Source of the DNA: Methanobacteriota archaeon
GTDB lineage: Archaea; Thermoplasmatota; Thermoplasmata; Thermoplasmatales; GCA-001856825
Reading direction: 5' to 3'
Length of the DNA stretch: 64,000 bases
Assembly: GCA_017857235.1 (NCBI GenBank)
Contig: JAFMDN010000003.1
Coordinates: 2,005-66,004 of the forward strand
Shown here: positions 54,818-62,850 of the stretch, piece by piece
Position numbering within the stretch: position 1 is the first letter of the stretch
Layout of the letters: every line of letters begins with the position of its first letter
Program-made: the position numbers and the translations under genes
Notes under the pieces: model-generated
What the model saw: the letters and a program-made list of their open reading frames with translations, nothing else
The model's database searches: none
Told to the model about the DNA's origin: nothing

Positions 54818-56552
54818 TCTCAAAAATTGGAGGGTATTTCTGTTTATTAGTATTCTTTTGCTGATAATAACTTATCTTCTATCCTTGGCACCCTATGGCT
54901 ATAACACATTTACCATCAATAATGGAAATTTTTCAATTGAAGTATCACCAATAAATTTCACACCCATAGGAAATTTTTTTGGATTTCAATCCATTAAGAT
55001 AATAATTATAAACAATGGATATGAAAATCTTAGCTCTTCCATTAGTTACGCCAATCATTTATTGAATTTATCTTTAAAACCGCATTCTGGAACTATTCAA
55101 TACATACAACCCAAGTCTAGCTTTAATCTATTATATATTAATATTACCACGTTAAATTACACGAAAGACATTACAATTAAGATAAATTTCAATTCGCCTC
55201 TACTTACCCTTTTATCTGAAATAACTATGCTCTTCTCATTCTATTTTTATTATCTATTCTTGAAATTTTATAATTCTAATTTCAAACTTACATGGTTAAT
55301 AATACTGCTTGGCTACCTAATATTGGCTCCATTTTTCGGGCAAAGATATGATATGTATTTTGTGCTCACTTCTCCCCTTAGGATTATTAAGCACATAAAT
55401 CCCTTTATAGGCAATGAAATGATGCCAGGCGGGTTAAAATGGGCCTATCCTCCTTTGTTTCTAATTTATGGTATACTATTTTATACGGTTTTGCATTATT
55501 TTGGTTTAAATTTCGATCCATCATTCACATATCTTGTTACATCTGGATATGAATATAGTGCTTGGAGAGGTTTTTACAATCCTGAGCTCCCTTTACTTTT
55601 CTTCCTTGAGAAATTACCCCTGATAATTTCAACTTTCATAATTTATTGGTTATTTCTTAAAAAATTTAATTTCCAATATTCAAAGATTGAACTGGAAAAA
55701 TTCTGGTTACTCAATCCGCTGATTATTCTCATAGGCACCGTTTGGGGTCAGTTTGATATGCTCTCTTTATTAAGTATGATTCTCTCTATCTACTTCTTCC
55801 TAAAGAACAGAACCGACTTAGCATCTATATTTGCCACAATCGGTGCTTTTATTAAGATATTTCCAGTCATCTTAATACCTTACATAATATTGAATAGCCA
55901 AAGGAAAATAAGAGATATATCTTATGTAATCCTATTTAGCGTTATTTCATTGATTCCTTATTTTATTGCCGGTAATTTTTATATGGACTTAGAGGTTCTA
56001 ATTTACTCAAGATCGGTTCCTACTGTCAATGGATACTTTTTTGCCAACGGAATGACATGGCAAATATTACCTTTGTACCTTGGAATCAAAAATTTTCCTG
56101 GAATATTTCCTTACATTTTAATTCCAATTTATCTGACCTTGCTTATTATGTCAAAAAGGTTGAAAATAAGTATTATAGAGTTTTCTCTGATCTTTATAAT
56201 TTCTTTCTTTATATTTTTCAACTTTGTGAATCCACAGTATTTTATCATACCTGTTGCGCTTTTTATATTAATGAGGAATAAGCCTTATCTAATTCTATAT
56301 TCTCTCATTCCAATATTGTATGTTTTCCTAAATTATTCATTCCCTTATTTCGTCAATTACTATTATTCTTACAATTATTTCTCATCAACTCTTGGCTTGG
56401 GTGAAAGCTTTAGGCTCTTCTTTACTAATAGCGCCATTACCTTAGGAACCTATGTAGTAATTTGCACTATAATTTACATAATGACGTTATTAGCTATAAT
56501 AAGAGATATCCTATCTCGAAATAAGTCTCCAGATTCCATACTCCCGTCCTAG
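54810..56552 (+). CDS. GT-C-fold polytopic glycosyltransferase candidate (DUF2029/PIG-V-like mannosyltransferase type)
   Basis: 580 aa. N-terminal TM plus a ~100-aa sequon-bearing external domain, then more than 10 TM segments with FGQRYDMYF (first-loop Asp) and WGQFDMLSLLSMILSIYFFLKNRTDLASIFATIGAFIKIFPVILIPY, a pattern typical of polyprenol-P-sugar-dependent GT-C enzymes. Confidence 0.5.
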   Translation: MHSLKNWRVFLFISILLLIITYLLSLAPYGYNTFTINNGNFSIEVSPINFTPIGNFFGFQSIKIIIINNGYENLSSSISYANHLLNLSLKPHSGTIQYIQPKSSFNLLYINITTLNYTKDITIKINFNSPLLTLLSEITMLFSFYFYYLFLKFYNSNFKLTWLIILLGYLILAPFFGQRYDMYFVLTSPLRIIKHINPFIGNEMMPGGLKWAYPPLFLIYGILFYTVLHYFGLNFDPSFTYLVTSGYEYSAWRGFYNPELPLLFFLEKLPLIISTFIIYWLFLKKFNFQYSKIELEKFWLLNPLIILIGTVWGQFDMLSLLSMILSIYFFLKNRTDLASIFATIGAFIKIFPVILIPYIILNSQRKIRDISYVILFSVISLIPYFIAGNFYMDLEVLIYSRSVPTVNGYFFANGMTWQILPLYLGIKNFPGIFPYILIPIYLTLLIMSKRLKISIIEFSLIFIISFFIFFNFVNPQYFIIPVALFILMRNKPYLILYSLIPILYVFLNYSFPYFVNYYYSYNYFSSTLGLGESFRLFFTNSAITLGTYVVICTIIYIMTLLAIIRDILSRNKSPDSILPS

Positions 56553-57386
56553 CCAGAGGTCTATCCTCGCGAGCAAGCTAGACAATCCCTCCATGAAAAT
56601 CAACAGAATTAAGCTTGGCAATACGTTAGGATCATCCTTAATAACAAATAGAAGTATGTTGAATGAATGCCTAATATTGGCAAGAGAAATGGTTGACAGA
56701 GAGTATGGATCATTACCTTCCAATTTAAGTTCCCAGTGTCCATAGTTTATCCTTCTCCTTTGATTAAGATAATCATTAAGATTTCTTGGTGGGATGCATC
56801 TTATTTTGACTTCGTTTGAGTATTTTATCTTGTAACCCATCTTATAGGCAATGTTGCAGAAAAAAGCATCTTCATTTATTTCTCCCTTATAACCAAATAG
56901 TAATTCCTTTCTTACAAATAGAATTTCACCTGCATGAGCAGGTAGACCTTTAGATAACTTATACCTTATCTGGTAATCATTAACTATCCATAGCACTCTG
57001 AAAATTTTATTGAATAATCCAGTGTCTTTAATAGGTTCTATTCTTGCAAACACAACTCCTGTATCTTCACTGAACTTCGAGGCTAGATAATCCAAGATAT
57101 CATCATTATCTATTAAGATATCACCGGACACCATGGCAACAACATCTTCCCTTACTATTGAAATTGCTTCTATAACAGATTTTGGTTTACCTAGGCGACT
57201 GTTCTGTTTTATAAATTGAAACCTATCATCTTTGATGCCGAATATATAGTCATATGGTAATTTTCCCCCTCCAATAAGTGTAATTCTTCTAGCATTACTG
57301 TGTAGGGCGCTATTTAGAACACCTTTTAATAGGTCGGAATCATCGTAACTAAAAATAACAATTTCATAATTCATTTTCGGTCCCAT
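56511..57386 (-). CDS. Family 2 glycosyltransferase with C-terminal membrane segment
   Basis: 291 aa. YEIVIFSYDDSDLL (GT-A N-terminus), MVSGDILIDNDD (DxD-like), NQRRRINYGHW (QxxRW-like), hydrophobic tail PSLILLIFMEGLSSLL. Confidence 0.55.
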   Translation of the reverse strand: MGPKMNYEIVIFSYDDSDLLKGVLNSALHSNARRITLIGGGKLPYDYIFGIKDDRFQFIKQNSRLGKPKSVIEAISIVREDVVAMVSGDILIDNDDILDYLASKFSEDTGVVFARIEPIKDTGLFNKIFRVLWIVNDYQIRYKLSKGLPAHAGEILFVRKELLFGYKGEINEDAFFCNIAYKMGYKIKYSNEVKIRCIPPRNLNDYLNQRRRINYGHWELKLEGNDPYSLSTISLANIRHSFNILLFVIKDDPNVLPSLILLIFMEGLSSLLARIDLWLGREYGIWRLISR

Positions 57387-58050
57387 TTACTTTTTTTCTA
57401 AGTTCTCCATATTTTCTCGAATCAAAATAAAATTTTCTCCACCCATAGACAATTTTGAAATCTCCTTTTGACTTTTCCAATTTCTTTGATGCGATCATTC
57501 CCTTTATTAATACAGGAGGCAAAACGACTATCATGGATATGAGATTTAATAATAAATTTTTGATATGTCTAATTTTAAATTTCTCATTTTTAATCTTATT
57601 TGTAGGTACCTTTGGCTCTGTTTCCCTGTTGTTTATTTTTTCTAATAAGGATTCATAAAAATTTTGTCCGAAAATAACAATTGCATGTTTGGCATCAGAT
57701 ATTATCAACTTATCATCTAGTCTTTGAAAATAGTCTACCGAGAAACGCTCGTCCATAAATAGCGACAAACAAATTCTATCATATCGATACAGTTTTCTAA
57801 CAATGAGAGATTTAAGAAAAACAAACCATAAAAGATCCTTTTTCGTTATAAGGAAAATATCTATATCATCTTCAGGAGATGGTTCATATGAAGTAGATCC
57901 TACAATAGCACTTACTCTTATCCCCTTTTCCCCTAGCTCTCTAAGAAATTTTGTGCCTATTTCTATGAACTCTGCTTTAATGGATTTTTGCTCTGTCAAC
58001 AGCGAATTATTATTTTTTCCATCATTCCAATTGTATGGGGAAAACTTCAT
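57364..58050 (-). CDS. Pol-beta-superfamily nucleotidyltransferase-domain protein with hydrophobic C-terminal segment
   Basis: 228 aa. IVGSTSYEPSPEDDIDIFLI fits the minimal NTase G-S...D-x-D motif. Later LLLNLISMIVVLPPVLIKGMIA is TM-like. 23-nt overlap with the downstream GT2. Confidence 0.5.
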   Translation of the reverse strand: MKFSPYNWNDGKNNNSLLTEQKSIKAEFIEIGTKFLRELGEKGIRVSAIVGSTSYEPSPEDDIDIFLITKKDLLWFVFLKSLIVRKLYRYDRICLSLFMDERFSVDYFQRLDDKLIISDAKHAIVIFGQNFYESLLEKINNRETEPKVPTNKIKNEKFKIRHIKNLLLNLISMIVVLPPVLIKGMIASKKLEKSKGDFKIVYGWRKFYFDSRKYGELRKKVNGTENEL

Positions 58051-58306
58051 TTACATTTCATTAAAAATAAATTTCGAATAATAACTTAACGTTAATTAAA
58101 AGTTTTAGGTTTTCCTCATAAGCTACAAAAAGATTAAACATTGAATTTAAAAATTATAATTGAATTAAAAATGTTAGGAGTTAACCCAACCTATTATAAT
58201 GAAAATTGTAACACATGCTATAGTATGTATTATTTAAATTCATCCCTCTTAATTCTAATTGCTACAGATCATTCGGGTGGTGCAATTATTGCAGGGATGA
58301 GGGAAA

Positions 58307-59164
58307 GTGCCAATGGTTTTTAATAATTCAAAAGACCATCACCTTATTGATTCACTCCAAAGTTATGCTAATCTGGAGATCAATTTGGCATCACAAAGAA
58401 GTCCCTCTGAATATTTAAGACCGTTTTCCCTAATTCTTCCTTGTAAAAATGATGCTTACCTATTGGAGAAATTGCTTCATATAATAGAAAATTTAGATAA
58501 TGAATTTTTTTCAAAAAAATTCGAAGTAATAATAATTGACGAATCCACAGATCAAAAAAGTATAGAAATTATAGATAAACTTCCCTTAATTTTCTCTAAT
58601 TTAAATATGAAAATCACTAGAGTGCCGCCGGGTACTGGGCTTCTGACATCAGAATTGATAGGGCTTAAAGCGGCAATGTATCCATGGAAAGTCGTTATGG
58701 ATTGCGATCTCCAGCATTCTCCAAAAGATATCTTTAAATTATTGGAAAAACTTAATTCTCAGGCAGACTTGGTTGTGGGGTCAAGATTCCTGGATGGTAG
58801 TGATTTCCAACTATCCATATTCCGCAGGGTTGTAAGTATATTGGCCAACGCATATGTAAAGATCATTCTTCCCTTTGCTATTTATTTAACAGATACCACT
58901 TCTGGCTTTTTTGCGATTTCCGAAAAAGTTTCCGTTGAAAATGTCCAAATTAAAGGTAGTAAGACTCTACTGTTCATAATTTCTAAAAATCCAGGCCTAA
59001 AAATTGCAGAAGTACCGATCACTTTCAATAGAAGGATTTATGGAAAAAGCAAACTTTTCAATCCTTTATATTTAATGAGATTTCCTTTGGAAATATACGA
59101 ATATAGGAAGTATTATTTGAAATGCAAAAAAGGTGATTCTAAGAAATCCCTTGATAATCCCTGA
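58307..59164 (+). CDS. Dolichyl/polyprenyl-phosphate hexosyltransferase-like GT2 (Dpm1/AglD/AglJ type)
   Basis: 285 aa. SLILPCKNDAYLL, VIIIDESTD, MDCDLQHSPKD (the D-x-D-L-Q-H block of Dol-P-sugar synthases), VGSRF. GTG 58307 or ATG 58313 start. Confidence 0.7.
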   Translation: MPMVFNNSKDHHLIDSLQSYANLEINLASQRSPSEYLRPFSLILPCKNDAYLLEKLLHIIENLDNEFFSKKFEVIIIDESTDQKSIEIIDKLPLIFSNLNMKITRVPPGTGLLTSELIGLKAAMYPWKVVMDCDLQHSPKDIFKLLEKLNSQADLVVGSRFLDGSDFQLSIFRRVVSILANAYVKIILPFAIYLTDTTSGFFAISEKVSVENVQIKGSKTLLFIISKNPGLKIAEVPITFNRRIYGKSKLFNPLYLMRFPLEIYEYRKYYLKCKKGDSKKSLDNP

Positions 59165-59861
59165 TTGCTTGAATGGCAATTTTAGCATCAGATGGAGCCG
59201 CACCGCCGTAATCATTGTTGAAATAAATAAATAATTTTTCAAATCCATCGCGATAACTAAAAAACTCCCTTATATAATCAATTATTTTTTCTCCATATTC
59301 TCCTTTGTATCTCCCATTGGCACCGTGGAGTCTAACATATAATTTTCCATTACTTGGTCTCAATACTCTATTGAGTTTGTCATAGTCTGAGTATACTATA
59401 TTAACCTCGTTACCGATTTCTTCCAATACTTCTGATTTTAGCCAGGAATTGTCCCTGAATTCTATAGATATTTTATCTATATCTCGAATATTTGATATTT
59501 CCAAAAGATTTTCCTTAGAATATTTAAAGCTCGGCGGGAACTGTAATAGATAAAACTCTATCCTATCGTCTATTAATTCAAAATTCGATATGAAGTTTAG
59601 CAATTTTTCTCTACTGAATTTTCCAGAATGTGTTACCTCTCTATTAACTTTTATTGAAAATACAAAATCACTACCTACGTTTCTAATCCAATTCTTAATT
59701 GTCGTTTGTTTAGGGATTCTATAAAATGTGCTATTAATTTCAACAGTGTTAAAATGCGAAGAATAGAATTTTAAGTATTCTCCCGATGTCATTTTATTTG
59801 GATAAAATTTACCTATCCAATGGAAATAGAACCAACCGGAGGTCCCTATATAAACCTTCAT
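59139..59861 (-). CDS. DUF72-family protein
   Basis: 240 aa. MKVYIGTSGWFYFHWIGKFYP...YLKFYSSHFNTVEINSTFYRIP is the diagnostic DUF72 N-terminus. Confidence 0.8.
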   Translation of the reverse strand: MKVYIGTSGWFYFHWIGKFYPNKMTSGEYLKFYSSHFNTVEINSTFYRIPKQTTIKNWIRNVGSDFVFSIKVNREVTHSGKFSREKLLNFISNFELIDDRIEFYLLQFPPSFKYSKENLLEISNIRDIDKISIEFRDNSWLKSEVLEEIGNEVNIVYSDYDKLNRVLRPSNGKLYVRLHGANGRYKGEYGEKIIDYIREFFSYRDGFEKLFIYFNNDYGGAAPSDAKIAIQAIRDYQGIS

Positions 59862-59998
59862 CCAATAATTTATATTTTGAGGAAATATTTATTCCATTCG
59901 TATGAGTAAAGGAAGAATTTATTGGATATTCTTTAAGACTTTATACCCGCCATATGTTAAAAATTAAATATTAGTTAGTCATATTTTCCTGATTCAAT

Positions 59999-60253
59999 AT
60001 GGAAACCGATGTTACAAATTTAATTGGCCTTGAAATCTATACTGACAAAGGATATAAACTAGGTGTAGTGGATGATGTGATGCTTGATACAGAATCACAA
60101 TCAATATATGGTCTTTATGTTGAAAGAACTAACGAAGGATTGGTTGAGGATGGAGTGGCCGTACTCGTACCCTACAGATGGGTAAGGGCAGTGGGTGATG
60201 TAATACTCTTAAAAAGGTTCCCAGCATTTGTATCTGTTTCAACCTCTGAGTAA
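59999..60253 (+). CDS. PRC-barrel domain protein
   Basis: 84 aa. LIGLEIYTDKGYKLGVVDDVMLDTESQSIYGLYV fits the PRC-barrel pattern. Confidence 0.6.
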   Translation: METDVTNLIGLEIYTDKGYKLGVVDDVMLDTESQSIYGLYVERTNEGLVEDGVAVLVPYRWVRAVGDVILLKRFPAFVSVSTSE

Positions 60254-60254
60254 A

Positions 60255-61910
60255 TTAGGGATGGGTATAATACCCTAATTTTTCATTTATTAAATTTGCG
60301 TATCCATACCTTTCTAATTGATTTACTTTACCCAAATAATTTAATGCGTTTTTTTCAAGGATTCCTTTGTCGGTAGCCCCATCAGGTTTAATGATCTGAT
60401 AATCAACAAAATCGCTTTGGATCCAGTGAATAATAGGTATTCCTTGCTTAATCTTTGAAAGGTCGTTGTCAATAAATTTAAGTTTGTCCCTTTCGAGCTT
60501 AAAGTTACCGAGATCTTTAAGTCTAACTTCCTGCCCCATGAATTTATTGTAGTCATCTTGCGCTATGAAGATTTCACCTTTTTTGATTTCATATTCTCTG
60601 AATAAACCGTTTTCTTTCTTTGGAAAAATAGGCATTTTTACTTTAACAACCTCATCTAATAATAATTCTAATCTAATAGGATTAACGACGAAGAAGTGCC
60701 TTGGTGATTCTGAGTCTATAATATGTTTGTTAAAGGCATATAAATTCTCCCATGAGAATTTTATGTCTACGTCTCCTATACCTGTTTCAACCCAATACCT
60801 TCTTATTGCTCTTGGGTTGATTCCCCTCATCTTCATTGCAAGCAATGTGCCAAGTCGCGGGTCATCCCAGCCAGTGAAATCCCCATTGGCAATACCTTTC
60901 TTGATTATTGATGTCTTCAAGATAGAATTTTCTATTGAAACTTTACCGTAGTGAAGATAAAATGGTAAAGGCCATCTAAAATAGTTAAAAATATACTTCT
61001 GCTTTTCCGTGTTAGCCAGATGATCTTTACCCCTAATCACATGAGTCAAACCTAAAAAATGATCGTCTACAGCAACTGAGAAGTTCATCATTGGATAGAC
61101 TCTATATTTCTTCCCCTTCAATGGGTGCGGAATTTCAATGATTCTGAACGCTATGAAGTCCCTTATGGCAGGATTTGGGTGAGTTAAATCTGTTTTAATT
61201 ACAGCATATGCCTCTCCCTTCTTAAAATCTCCATTTAGCATCTTTTCCCATCTTCTTAAATTTGCTTCTGATGAATCATTTCTCTCATCAATTGGGATGG
61301 ATTGTTGTCTTTTAGCTTTAAAAACCTCAGTTGGTGTGGTTGCAACATATGCTTTCTCCATCGAAATCAGTTTTTCCATGGTGTCGTAATACAGTTCAAA
61401 CCGGTCTGATTGAATTACAACTTCGTGGTAATCAACTTCCAACCATTTTAGGTCATCTTCTATCATTTTATATGCTTCAGGCATTATATTTGCAGGATTT
61501 GTATCTTCAATTCTTAAAATTAATTTTCCTTTATATCTCTTCACATATTCATCATTTAATATAGCCATTCTTGCATGACCTATATGGAGTGGACCTGAAG
61601 GCGAAGGAGCAAGCCTCATTACTACCTTACCGATTTCTACATTTGGAAGGTCGGGGAGTTTTTTATCTTCTACCACCTTCTTCTTCTCAAGCCATTCAGG
61701 GAAAACACTCTGCACAATTTTCAATTGCTCATCCTTGCTTAGTTTATTTATCTCCTCTACTGCACCCTTTATTAATGGCATTAATTCTGATAAACTTGCC
61801 TTCTTATCGGGAAATAATCCTAAAAACCTTGAAACTACTGCTTTTAATTCTGCTTTCCCTTCATGTTCATATGCGTTATATGCCGCTATTGCCCTTATTT
61901 TTTCCATCAT
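60255..61910 (-). CDS. gltX: Glutamyl-tRNA synthetase, archaeal type
   Basis: 551 aa. RLAPSPSGPLHIGHARMAILN (HIGH), LRIEDTNP, VIRGKDHL. Confidence 0.9.
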   Translation of the reverse strand: MMEKIRAIAAYNAYEHEGKAELKAVVSRFLGLFPDKKASLSELMPLIKGAVEEINKLSKDEQLKIVQSVFPEWLEKKKVVEDKKLPDLPNVEIGKVVMRLAPSPSGPLHIGHARMAILNDEYVKRYKGKLILRIEDTNPANIMPEAYKMIEDDLKWLEVDYHEVVIQSDRFELYYDTMEKLISMEKAYVATTPTEVFKAKRQQSIPIDERNDSSEANLRRWEKMLNGDFKKGEAYAVIKTDLTHPNPAIRDFIAFRIIEIPHPLKGKKYRVYPMMNFSVAVDDHFLGLTHVIRGKDHLANTEKQKYIFNYFRWPLPFYLHYGKVSIENSILKTSIIKKGIANGDFTGWDDPRLGTLLAMKMRGINPRAIRRYWVETGIGDVDIKFSWENLYAFNKHIIDSESPRHFFVVNPIRLELLLDEVVKVKMPIFPKKENGLFREYEIKKGEIFIAQDDYNKFMGQEVRLKDLGNFKLERDKLKFIDNDLSKIKQGIPIIHWIQSDFVDYQIIKPDGATDKGILEKNALNYLGKVNQLERYGYANLINEKLGYYTHP

Positions 61911-62850
61911 TTATTTCATCACCTACCAATTTTACCAATTGATCGATTCCTTCTCCAGTTAGAGCTGAAATTTTAAGTCTGTGGTTATCTCTCTTAAGTA
62001 TATCTGATTTATTTTCCACCTCTATGACTTTTTTGCCAATACCCTTTATTTCTGTAAGTAATTTCTCTTGTTCTTCAACCGGATACCCACATGTCTCCGT
62101 TGGGTCTATAACGAAAATAACCAAATTTGCAACTTTCTCTATAGCAATTAAAGCTTTTTTTTCTATCACATTTCTTTTTTTCCTGTTAAGTATTCCAGGG
62201 ACATCTAAAACCTGTATCTTGCCAAATTCAGATTCAAGAATTCCAAGATTAATTCTCTTGGTGGTGAAAGGATAACTTGCTATTTCAGGCTTGAGATTTG
62301 TAATTCTAGAAATTAACATTGATTTTCCCACATTTGGAAAACCAGCAATTACGACTACTGGTAATTTTTCATCTATATAAGGAATTTCTCTTAATTTTAG
62401 CCTTATCTCCCGTAGGCTATCCAAATATTCTTCCAGATCTTCAATGTAAGAAGAGAACCTTCCATAAAATGACTTTCTAAGAGAATCTACCTTATCAACT
62501 TCATTTGCTGATTTGATCTTTCTTATATATTCTGTCGCTAGTTCTGATATTTTAACCATGGTCCATTTCAATCTTCTTAATGTTCTCTCATAACTTTCAA
62601 AATCAAACAGTAGGTAAGCCAAGTTCCTTTCGAATCCTGTTAAATCAGTGTTTTGAGGGTAGCCTTGAACTATCCTCTTAAGGGTTGCTCTTGCTACAGC
62701 TTCTATAACCTGAATTTTCTGTATGGACTTTATTTTGTCTTTTTCTAGGTAATCTTTCTTATAAAAATCCTGTATTCTATTACTCTGTCTGAAAGCTCTA
62801 TCTATGATCTCTTGTGATCGTGGGATGGTTGGCAGTCTTGAAGGTATCAT
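61876..62850 (-). CDS. NOG1-family GTP-binding protein
   Basis: 324 aa. NOG1-type helical N-terminal domain, then VVIAGFPNVGKSMLISRITN (G1), DVPGIL (G3), NKSD (G4). Confidence 0.8.
   Translation of the reverse strand: MIPSRLPTIPRSQEIIDRAFRQSNRIQDFYKKDYLEKDKIKSIQKIQVIEAVARATLKRIVQGYPQNTDLTGFERNLAYLLFDFESYERTLRRLKWTMVKISELATEYIRKIKSANEVDKVDSLRKSFYGRFSSYIEDLEEYLDSLREIRLKLREIPYIDEKLPVVVIAGFPNVGKSMLISRITNLKPEIASYPFTTKRINLGILESEFGKIQVLDVPGILNRKKRNVIEKKALIAIEKVANLVIFVIDPTETCGYPVEEQEKLLTEIKGIGKKVIEVENKSDILKRDNHRLKISALTGEGIDQLVKLVGDEINDGKNKGNSGI

Noticed and set aside
58141-58323. 60-aa TTG-initiated ORF filling the gap upstream of the Dpm1-like GT2.
   Set aside because: It has a non-ATG start and low-complexity N/Y/I-rich sequence, and it runs through the probable divergent promoter and into the GT2 start. 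It is likely non-coding.
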